Origin: Alloascoidea hylecoeti
Lineage: Eukaryota
Reading direction: 5' to 3'
Assembly (NCBI GenBank): GCA_001600815.1
Contig: BCKZ01000002.1
Coordinates: 889,725 to 953,724 of the forward strand
Length of the DNA: 64,000 bases
Part shown: positions 12,740-25,148 of the stretch, piece by piece
Numbering within the stretch: the stretch's first letter is position 1
How the letters are laid out: each line of letters begins with the position of its first letter
The notes under the pieces: generated by a model
What the model was told of the DNA's origin: nothing
Databases searched by the model: none
The model's input: only the letters and a program-made list of their open reading frames with translations
Made by a program: the position numbers and the translations under genes

Positions 12740-13637
12740 ATTATTTTCTTATCAATCATTATCATTAACGATTACAATTGTATATATATGTTTCATGATT
12801 ATTATTCTATGTTAATTATATAAATATAACATGAATCAGCATTATTGTTAACCTATGTATTTATAAAAATAAGATCATAAAGAAGAACATTTTTTAATCT
12901 ACAACCAATTATAAATTTTAAATATCATCTCAGTATAATTAAGATAAAGGTATAAAACTTTAACTACGAGACTCGTTCCAGTCATGAGAATAATAGATAA
13001 TCCTACTTAAAATAATAATCTCAATTGAAATTTTATGAAAATCTAGTTGCGTATTACTCGTAGGTGAAATATAGAAACTCATGATTATAATTATAAATCA
13101 TCATTCCTAATTATATTGTAAAACAGAGATAGAAATCTCAAAGCTAAAATATTATTATAAGGTGATCGGCATTGTTAATAAATCAATTGAATGAATCGAT
13201 GGTATAATTATAAACTAAAAAAGAGTGAAGAAACATTTAAAGGAAAAATAAAAAAAAAACACAAAACATGATTAAACATGATAAATCAAAACAAAAAAAG
13301 AAGGTTATACAAATCCCCAGTTTATAACAAAATAAATAATAAATAATAAATAAAAATAAAAGAAAGTAAATAGAAATATTAATATTTTGAAGAAAAGATT
13401 GAATAAAAATAAAAATAAGAATAAAAATAAAAATTTAAAGCAATGATTAAAAAGTAAAAACCCTTATAGTATTTAAAATCCTTTACAATTCATTCGTACC
13501 ATCATTATATATTATTATGAATTGTAATTGCCAAATACAAAAAATTAAAAATAAAAAAAAAAAAAAATATATTTATCAAAAATAGTTTTCTCTCTATTTC
13601 CCTCGTCCCCCTTACATTTAAATTAAATTAAATTAAT

Positions 13638-13763
13638 NNNNNNNNNNNNNNNNNNNNNNNNNNNNNNNNNNNNNNNNNNNNNNNNNNNNNNNNNNNNNNN
13701 NNNNNNNNNNNNNNNNNNNNNNNNNNNNNNNNNNNNNNNNNNNNNNNNNNNNNNNNNNNNNNN
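13638..13763. other. Assembly gap (126 N)
   Basis: Run of N flanked by A/T homopolymer-rich sequence. Confidence 1.
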
Positions 13764-13788
13764 TTTTTTTTTTTTTTTTTTTTTCTAA

Positions 13789-16700
13789 TTATTGTTCGGA
13801 TCTAGTTTCAACTTCAACATGTGTTCCAATAACAGCATGAGGAATTTCATTTTCATCAATTGTTGTTATAGTTTTTTTTAATGAATTTGAACCAGATGTA
13901 GTTGTGTTTATACTTGAAGTTGTACTTGTATTTCCATTCATATTTGTATTTGTAGGTGAATTTAATTTCGTACATGAAGAGATTGATTTAGTTTTATCAT
14001 TATTAATCTTTAATTGTTTAGTCACTTGTGTTTGAGTTGGACTATTTGAAGAAATACTAGAAGTTGTTCCAAAAGGAGTTGAAAATAAATGAGGAGTTGA
14101 AATTTCTTGTGATGTATCAAATAAATGAGTTGTTGAAGAACGATTATTTAAATTTGATGATGAACCAATTGATTGTGAATTTGAACCAGAAGTTAATGAT
14201 TGAATTGAATTTGAACCTGTTGGTGTTAAAGATGTACCACTTGATTTTGCAGTTTCATTTCCATAACTTTCTTTTTCTTTAATTTTATTAGTAGAATTAT
14301 TATTATTAAAAAAATCATTATTATATTGAGGTTGATTTAAAAGTTCAAATTCTCTTTGTTTTCTTAACATTTCTTTTGCTTTTGCTAAACTAACAGTTGG
14401 AGTAACACAACTTGTTAAAGAAGTTGATTCATCAACTTCAATAGTAACTTTCATTAAAGCTTTCATCCAACTTCTCATTTCTTCTTGTGAAGAAACACCA
14501 AAATAATGAGTTTTTGGTTCAGTAAAACAAACACCTTTTTTAAAACCTTTACTAGGTGGTACTAATTTAAAAATATAAGGATGTGATATATTTAATGAAG
14601 CTAAATTTGTTAATAAATTATCATTTTCATTTGAAGAAATTGGTAAAACTTTATGACCAATTATATCAATTAAACCTTTTTCTTTTGAATCTTTTAATGA
14701 AGTAAAATAACTTAATCTTGTTGAATGTAATGTAAAGAAACGATTTTTCCAAGTTGTTATTTTACCAGAACCTTTTTTTGCCATCCAACCACTAAAATCT
14801 GAATTTTTAATAGCATCCATTGGTTTTATTATTCTTAAACCTTTATTAAAAGCAGAACTTGTATTTTTATTATTTGAAATTGAAGAATTAATATTTTTTG
14901 AATTTAATTTTTTTAAATTTAATGATTTTTTACGAATTAAACTTGATTTTGATGTAGAATTTGAATTTAATATTTCATTTGGTAATTCATTAATATTAAA
15001 ACGAGTTTTTTCTTTTGCAGATTGTGGATAATTTTTAGATAATTGAATTTGTTTTTTAGGTGGAACAGGGATTGAATGACGTACAGGACTTACACTTCTT
15101 GACCTTTGATGATTATTTTTTGTTGGAGATAAATCAAATTTTAAACCGATTAAACTTGCACCTCTCATATGATTAATTTTTTCAAAATTTCGATCTTTTG
15201 AAATATCACTTGTTGATCTTGTATGATTAATTTTATAGGAATCAATAGGTTTTGAAGATTTAATTAATGAAGGTTGATTTAAATTATTTGAATAATCTGA
15301 ATTTGGAGTTGAACCATCATTATTTATTAAAAAACTACTTTGTGGTGGAGTAATACTTTCATCTTCATCTAAATTATCTTCATAAATTAAATTTGTATTA
15401 ATTTTTAAAGAAGGATTTGAAGATTTTTTCAAATTTTGGTTTGAACTTGGAGAAGTATTATTACAAGAATAATAAGTTCCAATAGTTGCAATACTTTCTC
15501 TTTGATTATGATTATGATTATGATTATGATTATAATTATAATTATAATCATTTAATTTTTTTGGAGTTGTTGTTGTTGTTGTTAAAGGAGGAGGCATTTG
15601 CATTTTATTGAAAAAAGTATTAATGGGAGCACCTAATGTTTTTATATTACCATTAGTATTACTTGTAGATCTGTTGCTTGTTACAATAGTGTTATTTTCA
15701 CGTGTATTTGTTTTGAAGCTGGAGTTGTTTATGTTTGAATCTGAGTCAACATTAATAATAGAAGGATTATCAATATTATTATTCATGGGTTTTTCATTAT
15801 AATTAATTTGTTGATCATGAACATCGGTTAAACAGATATTTTCACCATCTTGTGAATCTGTTTGATTAATTAAATTTTCAAGTTCTTTTGAAAGACGTCT
15901 CCAACCAGCAGCAGGAGATGATGGCATGTGCGGATTTGCATCAACATCCTGTGGTGTCTCAAAAGTTTCGGAAGTTGTTACCATTGAAAATCGAGAGCGT
16001 ACAGGTGATGAGTTATATTGTATCGGATCCCTGAAATTGTCGTTTTCATCATCATAATTATTTGGATTTTGCTGGGAATAAGTATAAGAATATTTAATAG
16101 TCAAATCTCTTAACAGTTCAATTTCTTTATAAATTTCAAATCTATCACCAAATTTTTCAACGTCTAATTCTTTTATATCGGATAGTTCTAATTCTAATAA
16201 GATTTTACCAGAAATTTTATGTTGTAAAAACTTTGAGCAAATATTTGAAGAAAACCCACGTAATTTGAAAAAAGATTCAACGGTTGAAGGAGGCCATTTG
16301 AAGATGTTTTGATTTTCACGATTTAGAAAGGAGAGAATTTCAGGATCAGATTCCAAATGATTTAAAGAAGCATTTGAGCTATAGTCGTTGATAGATTGCT
16401 GATTGTCAATGGAATATAATACTTTATCGATATCCAATAAAGTTTTTTTGAGTTGACTTGATTCGACAGGGGATGTTTTAGCTGGAGTGGAAGGAGAGGA
16501 TGGATTTGAGTTCATTGTTCGATGAGTTCTTGTTCTTGAGCGTAATAACGGTCTTTGTTGGGAATCGGCAGTGATGAGTTCAACGTATTCTTTTGGAAAG
16601 AGACCGATCTGGTTTGTTCTCAAGTTTTGGCCCTAGAGTGATAAATGTCAGGTTCGGATTCGAGATTAGTCAAATTTAGCCAAATTTAGTTTCAAATTTA

Positions 16701-16860
16701 GTTTCCATTTTAGCTGGAGGAAGGATGAACATACCATATACCATCCATCGCCAAACTCACTATCGTTTGCTATCAATTGGACCTTATCGTCCAGCATCAG
16801 CGACACCTCGTCCACCAAGGTCGCGGCGTACGGGCGGGTTGTGATGTAAAAGGCGGACAT
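13789..16860 (-). CDS. BOI2: Boi1/Boi2/Pob1-type polarity scaffold (SH3-SAM-PH); exons 16860-16735 and 16632-13789
   Basis: Splicing out 16734-16633 (GTATGT..GACTAAT..TAG) rebuilds an SH3 domain: ...DSEFGDGWYM|GQNLRTNQIGLFPKEYV. SAM: FLQHKISGKILLELELSDIKELDV. PH: SGWMAKKGSGKITTWKNRFFTLHSTRLSYF. The BOI1 versus BOI2 naming is arbitrary. Confidence 0.9.
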
Positions 16861-17146
16861 GGCTCGACAAAGTACGGCGATCGGGGGGATTGTCTCAGGT
16901 CGCTGTGGATTCTGTTGAGGAGCTAGAAAGGAAGCTAGAGAGAATCTACAAACCACGGCGGGTGTGTGGGTGTCCGCCGCTGCACCCGCGCGTCGTGGCG
17001 CATGACGTGTGGTCACGTGTGCCGCCCTGTGCATGGACGAACGGCTGGGCTGCCACTGCCGCATCCGGAAGGTGGGGCGCCGGACTCCGCGGCAGGGAAT
17101 GCGGGGTTGGTTTAGACTACATCTGATAATGGCAGAATTATGCTGC

Positions 17147-17179
<33 letters not shown>

Positions 17180-17224
17180 TCCCAGCCACTCCCACTCCCA
17201 CTCCCACTCCCACTCCCAGCACCA
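16861..17224. promoter_or_regulatory. GC-rich bidirectional promoter with a GTCACGTG E-box (17012-17019) and (CTG)n and (CCACTC)n microsatellites
   Basis: 364 bp between the divergent ATGs at 16860 and 17225. RTCACGTG is the Cbf1/Tye7-type bHLH site. Microsatellites at about 17141-17218. Confidence 0.6.
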
Positions 17225-20200
17225 ATGGGCCCCGTCAAGAAGTACGTCTGCCCGCTGTGCCACAGGGCCTTCAGCAGGGCAGAGCATTGCAACCGCCACC
17301 AGCTGTCCCACTCCAACGAAAAGGCCTTCCGCTGCGACCAGTGCAAGTCTGCGTTCGTCAGAAAAGACCTGTTGGTCCGCCATGTGCGCACCGTCCACGC
17401 CAAAAAGTCCGCCCACGCCGTGTCCGTCGCCACTCCGGCTGCCACTCCGGCTGCCCTCCCCGCCAGTCCCTCCGCCGCCACCGCCATCGACATCTCAACC
17501 CCCTACTACCTCCATTTCATCTCCTTCGTCTCGGGCTGGCTCTGCAAATCCCCCTTCATACCCATCTCCGCCGTTATCCCGGACTCAGATCTATACTATG
17601 CCTGCTGCTGTTTAGGGGCCATCTCAAATTCATCCTTTTCAACCGCAAACCTCCTGAAACTGAAACTGGACGGCTCCATGGCCTCCAGCTCCCTTTTCCA
17701 TGCCCCTTTGCCCAACTCCCCTGTTAGCCTGCACCGGATAAACCTATCAATCCTATATACTTGGATTAATTTTCATATGGATATCCCTATAAATGATGAA
17801 ATTTATAATTTTCTATCTTCTTCGTTATCTCAATTATTAAACTCAATAATCCCTAAAAATGTAAACTCTTTGGATTGGAAAAAGTTCAAGTCTTGGCAAG
17901 TTTATGAATCGTCAAAAAGATCAATTCTTATTCTACATTTAACAATTTTAAAAATAAACAATGACATTCAAAATAAAAACTCAAACTCAAAGTTGAATGT
18001 AAATGTAAATACAAATGAAATCAATAATATAAATTCTATAATTCTTCAATTATTAATACCAAGTTCTGAATTATTATTTGAAAATTTCAATAATCAACAA
18101 TTTTGGTTAATGAATTTTCAAAATGAATCACTCATTTCATTTAATAATTTATTAGACACTTTTCAAAATCAAAAAAAAGAAGTCAAAATTACTGAATTTA
18201 CAATTAGTTATTTATCTCAATTATCACAACTATCATCCAATTATAATAATCAACAACAATTATCATCATCTGATTTATTAAAATTATTAAATATGCCAAT
18301 CATAAACAACAATGATAATTCAATTTCACAATTGCAACAACAAAACATTTTATTAAATATTAATACTTTAGATCCATTAATGAAATGTTCTTTTATATTA
18401 AAAACAATTTTACAAAATTCTTTTTTAACAAATATTGATCAAAATAATAATACAAACAATGATATTGATAATTTAAAATTATGTTTATTAAATTTTGAAA
18501 ATTATCCAATAATTAATTTTTTTAATTTATTTAAAAAAAATGAATTAATTTTAAATTCTTTTTTAATTATTATTAAATTATCAATTAATGAATTATTAAC
18601 TAATAATTTACAAAATAATTTACAAAATAATTTACAAAATAATCAAATTATTGATTATGATTATTTTAAAAATAAATCAATTAATGAAATTTATTCAAAC
18701 ATTTTATCAAATTTTAATAAAATTTCTTCAAATTTAAATATAAAATTTTCATCATCAACAACAAAAAATAATTTAACATTTAATAAATTATTTAAATTTA
18801 TTATAAATTCTCCATTATTTTTACATTTAATTTTATTCTTATTATTACCTAAAAATCATTTATTATCTTTATTACAATATTTTAAAATTAATTATTTAGA
18901 ATCTTTAATTCAATTTGGATTACTTGTTACAATTTTATGTTATAATTTTGAATCAATTAATCTTTTAAATAAAACTAAAAATTTAAATTCAAATGATACT
19001 AGAAATAATGATTTTATGATATTTATTTCAAATTTATTAAAAATTAATAAAATTGTTTATAATGATACATCAAATTATAATGATAATGAATTTATTACAA
19101 TACAATTTATAACTTCATTACTTGATTTTTTAAATTCAATTGTTATACAAAATGATAATATTAATATTAATTGTAATTCTAATTATAATGAAGGAAAAGA
19201 ATTTATAAAATTAATAAAAGCATTAAGTTTATTTAAAAATAGTATATTAATACAATTAAATTTTCAAAAAAATGAAAATGAAAATGAAAATGAAAATGAA
19301 AATGATTTACAAATAGATGAAAATGAAAAAGAAAATTTAAACACAAATGAATACAAAAATTTTGAAGAAAAAGAATTAAAACAGTTCAAAAAACATCAAC
19401 CAAATGTATATGAAAATTTACAATCAAGTTTTAAAATTATTGATTTTGATTTAAATAAATCAAATCAAAATTTAAATCAAAATTTAAATCAAAATTTAAA
19501 TCAAAATTTAAATCAAAATTTAAATCAAAATTCAAATCGTTCACATAGTTTTGGTTCATCAAATTCAATTTCAATTTCTACAAAAGATATTAATAAATCT
19601 TTAAAAAGAAGATCTTCTTCAATTTCTCAAAATGAACTACAAAAAATGAATTATTATTCAACTTTAAATTTTAATATTAATAAAAATAAAAATAAAAATT
19701 CTTCATTATTGAATAATAATAATAATAAAAGAACAGTAAAATCATTAAAAGTTGATTCATTAATTGATTCTGTTTCTGTTAAATTAAAATCATCATCATC
19801 TAACACTATACCTTCATTAAATAATAATTATAGTAATATTTTACCACCTCCAATTACGATTACAAATACAAAATTTATACCAAATACATACACTCCAACA
19901 ACAACATTACCTTCTCTTTCATCAATAATTGCTACTTCAAATTCAACTCAAACTTCATCACAACCAAAAATTCATATTTTATCATCAAATTCAGATCCAT
20001 CATCTCCAATATCAAATTTAACTTCGTTACATATTAGTAATTTACAACCTTCAATTTCAATTAGTAGCACTAGTTGTAATAGTCCATATTCACCTGTTTC
20101 TTCCATTTTAAGTTCAACTACAAATTCTCCTAAAATTCAACAATCACAATCTCAATCACAATCTCAATCACAATCACGTATAATGCAATTGCAACAAATG

Positions 20201-20440
20201 ATTTGTAACGATAATGATAATCAAAATACTAATTCAATTATAAATACTTCACAACAAAAAGAAGAACAGAAAAAACAGAAAGAAATAATTAATATTAATG
20301 ATGATGATAATGGTAATGATAATGATAATGATAATGATAATGATATTGATAATGATATTGATATGATTGATTTAGAAAAAGATGGTGCTATTTCATTAAG
20401 TATGATGGCTAGAAATAATGTTAATACCACGATTATGTAA
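17225..20440 (+). CDS. C2H2 zinc-finger transcription factor (two N-terminal fingers, long N-rich body)
   Basis: YVCPLCHRAFSRAEHCNRHQLSH and FRCDQCKSAFVRKDLLVRHVRTVH. The ATG at 17225 is preferred because the upstream in-frame extension is translated microsatellite. Confidence 0.88.
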   Translation: MGPVKKYVCPLCHRAFSRAEHCNRHQLSHSNEKAFRCDQCKSAFVRKDLLVRHVRTVHAKKSAHAVSVATPAATPAALPASPSAATAIDISTPYYLHFISFVSGWLCKSPFIPISAVIPDSDLYYACCCLGAISNSSFSTANLLKLKLDGSMASSSLFHAPLPNSPVSLHRINLSILYTWINFHMDIPINDEIYNFLSSSLSQLLNSIIPKNVNSLDWKKFKSWQVYESSKRSILILHLTILKINNDIQNKNSNSKLNVNVNTNEINNINSIILQLLIPSSELLFENFNNQQFWLMNFQNESLISFNNLLDTFQNQKKEVKITEFTISYLSQLSQLSSNYNNQQQLSSSDLLKLLNMPIINNNDNSISQLQQQNILLNINTLDPLMKCSFILKTILQNSFLTNIDQNNNTNNDIDNLKLCLLNFENYPIINFFNLFKKNELILNSFLIIIKLSINELLTNNLQNNLQNNLQNNQIIDYDYFKNKSINEIYSNILSNFNKISSNLNIKFSSSTTKNNLTFNKLFKFIINSPLFLHLILFLLLPKNHLLSLLQYFKINYLESLIQFGLLVTILCYNFESINLLNKTKNLNSNDTRNNDFMIFISNLLKINKIVYNDTSNYNDNEFITIQFITSLLDFLNSIVIQNDNININCNSNYNEGKEFIKLIKALSLFKNSILIQLNFQKNENENENENENDLQIDENEKENLNTNEYKNFEEKELKQFKKHQPNVYENLQSSFKIIDFDLNKSNQNLNQNLNQNLNQNLNQNLNQNSNRSHSFGSSNSISISTKDINKSLKRRSSSISQNELQKMNYYSTLNFNINKNKNKNSSLLNNNNNKRTVKSLKVDSLIDSVSVKLKSSSSNTIPSLNNNYSNILPPPITITNTKFIPNTYTPTTTLPSLSSIIATSNSTQTSSQPKIHILSSNSDPSSPISNLTSLHISNLQPSISISSTSCNSPYSPVSSILSSTTNSPKIQQSQSQSQSQSQSRIMQLQQMICNDNDNQNTNSIINTSQQKEEQKKQKEIININDDDNGNDNDNDNDNDIDNDIDMIDLEKDGAISLSMMARNNVNTTIM

Positions 20441-21244
20441 TAAATTACATATATGTCAATATTAATTTGATTTGGAATGCATTTATAAAATTATATACAT
20501 GTTTATTTTATTTGTTATTATTCATTTACTTTATGTAACGTTAATGTTAGAAGATCTAACACGTAAATTCTAGGAAAGCATATCTTGGTAACATAATAAT
20601 TTGGTGTATAATGGACGATGATAACACTAAATCGAGAATACCAATCTGGGTTCAGACCCTGCAGGATGGGATCATTCGCATATGTCACTGTCACTGTCAC
20701 TGTCACTGTGATTTATAAATTTAAAATGACGATTTGTAACATAATAAGTTCTTCTTAATCCTTTAATACAACCAATATAAACATTCTCAATTTTTAATGT
20801 TATACACAAAGAAGAATAATGGATCATGTATAGATCTTTAAATTCTCCCTATTTTTGTTAATTTAAACTTTAAACCGTTGATGCCTATAAACATTTCAAA
20901 ATTTTAACTTAATTTTAAGTTATCTCTCTTATGTAAGCAATTATTCATCTATTTAAAAGTCTAGAATTATCAATCCAAACTATATCATACCCTGGGAGGG
21001 GCATACATTACATTATTACATTACAGTTGGATCGTAAATAAATGTTTAATACTCTGTTGTGTTATATTGAAACATTCTAGGAAATAAACTCTCCATAAAA
21101 TGGAATTGAAAGCCTTCTTTTAGCCCTACGTATATCTTTTGCTTTTGGCTATTTGGATCGTATATATATTTTTTAGTCTTTAGTTTATTTTTCAATGGCA
21201 ACCAGCAGCCATATATATAAGATCAACATTAAATTAAAAAATTA

Positions 21245-22121
21245 TATTGTGATAGATCTAACGTCGATTTCGTTTGATATTCAATTTCTTTTGTAAACTC
21301 GATAGGAATGATTATTAATTATCAGAAAACTTGTTTGTAAGCCATTACATGAGCTTCTTCTTTTGTAGTTGGAATAATATCACTTCTCTCATTCCAAGTG
21401 CCATAATCTCAACTATTCTCCTGTCAATATGATAATGATTACATATCTGATCTATCCTCAATTAAATTATTCTTATGAAGAAATCTAACCACTTCTTTTA
21501 AAGTGATGATTCCTTATCAATGGTTATTGAATGTGAGTAATTAGATGGTTTAGAAACCAATTAACTGATTTTCTATTGAGTGGAATTGTAATGTTATCTC
21601 CTCGTAAGAAGTGGTGGAATAAGAAGGAGTTTGCATTAGAGACTTCTTAACATTAACATTTATATTTGGGTATAAATATTTAGAAATTGTTTCTTTAGTG
21701 GATTCGAAACGTCTAGGATTGATAATAGGATAATGAGAATTCATTGTACAAGTGAATTCATATGATTCATAACCACATTTCCCAAAGATATTGTTAATGG
21801 AGAGTTTAGAAACAACAGTGAATGGCTTGGAATCAATATTGGGAAAAGCCGGAGCAATGGGGAATAATTTGCCATGAACATCGGGATACTTATGAATAAT
21901 GGTAAATGGTTTAACACATTAGGAAATTTAGAAACAATGGTGAATGATTTTGCATAGATATTGGGGTATTTAAGAGCCATAGCAAATGATTTAGCCTTAA
22001 ATTTTGGCAAGTAGAAGTCATTATAAATGTAATATTGATATTGATCGATATGTTTTTATAATTCGAGAAATGGTACTAATACTATGGATATTTTCTAAAA
22101 TGCTTCTGTTGAAGATGGCAT
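21245..22121 (-). pseudogene. Decayed gene containing 14-aa tandem repeats
   Basis: ATG at 22121 is in frame with ORF 21741-22010 but has two intervening stops. A 4-nt deletion in repeat 2 shifts into the frame of ORF 21550-21744. A coding-like, stop-interrupted frame continues to about 21245. Confidence 0.55.
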
Positions 22122-23311
22122 AAAAAAAAAAAAATTTCATAAAGAGAGGAGAAAACAGCATAAACTTCTCCTCTTATTTGACTGACTATTTGCAGTCCGA
22201 ATAAGAAATAGGCATGTCCTATATTTTTGTTATTTGAAAAAAATCTTCCCCTTTTGATTACGTCGTCTAAATAAGGAATATTCGATTAAGTTCCAGAATC
22301 AGAGTAACCATCCTAGTTTTATGAAATGATTCTATAGACAGTGGAATCGCTGTCATAACGTTTGTGAGAATCATGTTGATCATAAATAATAGAATAAAGG
22401 GAAGAAGGTTGAACGGCTGAGACATGCATAAAACTCATATAATAATAATAACTTATTTAATAAATCAATCACTCTACAAATTAACAATCCAATAACTAAT
22501 ATCTCTACTAGACTACTAGTAGGCCCCTGGCTTGATATATTTTTGATTTGCAATTATTAATACAAATAGAATATTAATGTACGCTTCGCTTACTAGTCAT
22601 TTGAATATTATAATCATTCACTTTAAACTTATAATCATATGGCAAATTATTCTTGAGATATTGCAATATTAAAATTTCTTCAGCTAACCAGCTATATGTC
22701 AATAGGCATCTTTTAAAATATCCTGGTTGAAGCCCTATTCATCCTACCCTTTTATTTTTTTTTTACTTATTCGTCTTCTATGCCTTTACATTTATATTAT
22801 ATGCACATGTAATCTATATTTAACACAATTGGAAGTTTTCATACATAAAGCTAGCGCTGATGTTGAAATCACATTTTCTGCAACTGGAATGAAGTCATTA
22901 GATAGAAGTTCGGTCAAAAAATCATAATGTCAAGTCATAATGAATAAATTTATGATTATTGAAACAATTATCATTTAAAATTTTAATGGCAGCCTTCCAG
23001 TTGCATTAATGCATTAATATTTGATATCTTCGATGGAGCCGAACTATTATTATAATCAGTGATTGACAGCTGCAAAAACAAATGCACAGAAGCTTTATAA
23101 TTTTAATTATTTCCTTAATTTATTTATTTCAAAACAACTCCATCTCATACAAAATTGTGAATATTTATGGAAGTCATAACATATTTAAGATTTAAGATTT
23201 AAGATTAATATTTGATGGGTGTGCACGTGTTTTGTACCCCGTACAGATAAATATAAAAACTTCTGCTTCTTCACACAAATACATTTAAAGCGCCACTCCC
23301 ATACCAAAAAA

Positions 23312-23872
23312 ATGAAAGATCAAAATCGCTTTTCGATTTCCATTACAATGAAAGATAATAATAATGATCCCATTCATTATGAATACTCTCCTCCTCATCA
23401 TCATAGCACGGGCACAGGCACCGATCCAGAGCCTGAAGAGGTTCCTGACAAAAATACCAGACGTGCACCACATACCAGAAGTAATGATGTATTTTCTGCT
23501 ACTATAGAGAGCATTGAGCGGTTGAATATATTCAATATTACTAGGTATCGACATTATTACAAATTCTCAATTTCTATGCCTTATACATTTATTGATAAGC
23601 TTCATTTCTATTCTACATATGAACGAAGAGTCTTGATGCTAAGTGCCGAAGCTACGGAATACTCTGGGGATTATCGCCGTGATAAACTAATTACTAATAA
23701 GCTGTTTAATATTGAGATACCTAGTTTTTTGAAAGGAAAAGTCATGTATGGGAATTCTTTGAGATATAAATTGACAAGTGGATTTCTTCACATTTATTTA
23801 AAGCAAACAGATCCTGAAGATTCTGATTATACCAGGAATAAACCTAAACATAACCCAAGGTATGAATACTAA
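23312..23872 (+). CDS. Divergent Hsp20/alpha-crystallin-like protein, paralog A (186 aa)
   Basis: TATAAAAA at about 23252 and AAAAATG context. Aligns with the ORFs at 26222 and 31268. Pattern YYKFSISMP...FNIEIP...YKLTSGFLHIYLK resembles alpha-crystallin strands. Confidence 0.65.
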   Translation: MKDQNRFSISITMKDNNNDPIHYEYSPPHHHSTGTGTDPEPEEVPDKNTRRAPHTRSNDVFSATIESIERLNIFNITRYRHYYKFSISMPYTFIDKLHFYSTYERRVLMLSAEATEYSGDYRRDKLITNKLFNIEIPSFLKGKVMYGNSLRYKLTSGFLHIYLKQTDPEDSDYTRNKPKHNPRYEY

Positions 23873-24186
23873 TACTACGATGGTATATTTAAAGAAAAAA
23901 AAAAAAAAGGGTACCTGTAACCTACAGGCTACAGCTTATATTTGCGGTTATTGATTTTAGTCAAGAATCAGATCTTTGTTTGGTCAATGTAATTCAAATT
24001 ATCATAGAAGAAGTTTGTCATTGAATGTCCCAAAGTGTCTATTCATATTCTGATTATATTTTTATTTTATTTTGTTATTTTTTCTATATTTATATTTATT
24101 TGTATTCAATATTTATTTATTATACTACTTCCTTGCACCCACCCCCTGAAAATGGAATCTTATTTCTTTAATCGACGTAAAATATA

Positions 24187-25050
24187 ATGGTAGATACAGC
24201 TAATCAACGTCCTTACTCCAACCAAGATCTTGAAGATGCTATAAATGACGTTATAATGTATGGCGTTCCCAAAAAACGAGCAGCTAGAGAGAGAAATATT
24301 CCAATTTCCACCCTAAGAAGCAGACTTAGACGACGATCGAGAACAGAATCATTGACACCAATTACAACAAGAAATACGCATCTTCATGGTCCTTTCCATA
24401 GTCTGAATATTGAATCAGAAAGAATTCCTCGGTCTTTCACTGCACAACAATTGTTAACAGATGATGAAGAACAAAGTCTTATATTAAGAATTCTTTCATT
24501 ATGTGACGCAGGTGAATGTCCAACTAAAAATGGGATTGAACAAATGGCTGAACAAATTCTAAAAATTAGATATCAAGAATTACAAAAAACCGGTATTAAT
24601 ATTCCAGTGGCAATTGAAGATTATACTAAAATTGGTAAAACTTGGATTTATAGCTTCTTTAAAAGACATCGCAATGTTCGATATCAGAATGGGTTAACAA
24701 TTCAAGCTTATATTCGAAAACATGGGGTTAGAAGAAATATAGCAAATAGCGAACAAATGTTTGTTCATGAAAATCCTACTCCTTTATCTACAATACCCCA
24801 GGTACCTATACAAGACCCTGTACCCGACAGTAACAGTAGCAACAACATTAATAGCATTGATTACACTAATTCTGACGATGCCAATAGCTATGATCCCCCA
24901 AGTACTAATCCAGCTGGAAATAGAGAGGAAAGTTTACAAGATATTAGAAAAAGATTAAAAGATCTTTCTGATTTGCGAACAAGAATTGATACGGAGATTG
25001 AAAGATTAACCGATTTAGCGTTTGATAAAGCTGCTGCAACTGTTCGGTAA
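24187..25050 (+). CDS. CENP-B/pogo-derived DNA-binding protein (psq-type HTH plus Tc5-type HTH, no DDE domain)
   Basis: YSNQDLEDAINDV...RAARERNIPISTLRSRL; QQLLTDDEEQSLILRI...GECPTKNGIEQMAEQIL...IGKTWIYSFFKRH; C-terminal coiled-coil-like tail. Confidence 0.85.
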   Translation: MVDTANQRPYSNQDLEDAINDVIMYGVPKKRAARERNIPISTLRSRLRRRSRTESLTPITTRNTHLHGPFHSLNIESERIPRSFTAQQLLTDDEEQSLILRILSLCDAGECPTKNGIEQMAEQILKIRYQELQKTGINIPVAIEDYTKIGKTWIYSFFKRHRNVRYQNGLTIQAYIRKHGVRRNIANSEQMFVHENPTPLSTIPQVPIQDPVPDSNSSNNINSIDYTNSDDANSYDPPSTNPAGNREESLQDIRKRLKDLSDLRTRIDTEIERLTDLAFDKAAATVR

Positions 25051-25148
25051 ATATTATGGTGATGATGTAAAATACGCTTGTAGGATGTAAATTACACACA
25101 CACAACAAACACACCTCAACTAACTGTACATCTTGATCATATGGTACC

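Noticed and set aside
17009..17224. Poly-Cys/PLPL N-terminal extension of the C2H2 ORF and overlapping ORFs from 16666 to 17727
   Set aside because: Translations of microsatellites and of stop-poor GC-rich DNA. Only the 16860-16735 part of the 16666-17493 ORF is real (BOI exon 1).
16780..17740. Horizontal transfer or contamination as the cause of the GC islands
   Set aside because: GC grades smoothly within continuous native ORFs on both sides.
20600..20712. Possible C/D snoRNA next to the (GTCACT)n repeat
   Set aside because: No convincing C and D box pair or terminal stem.
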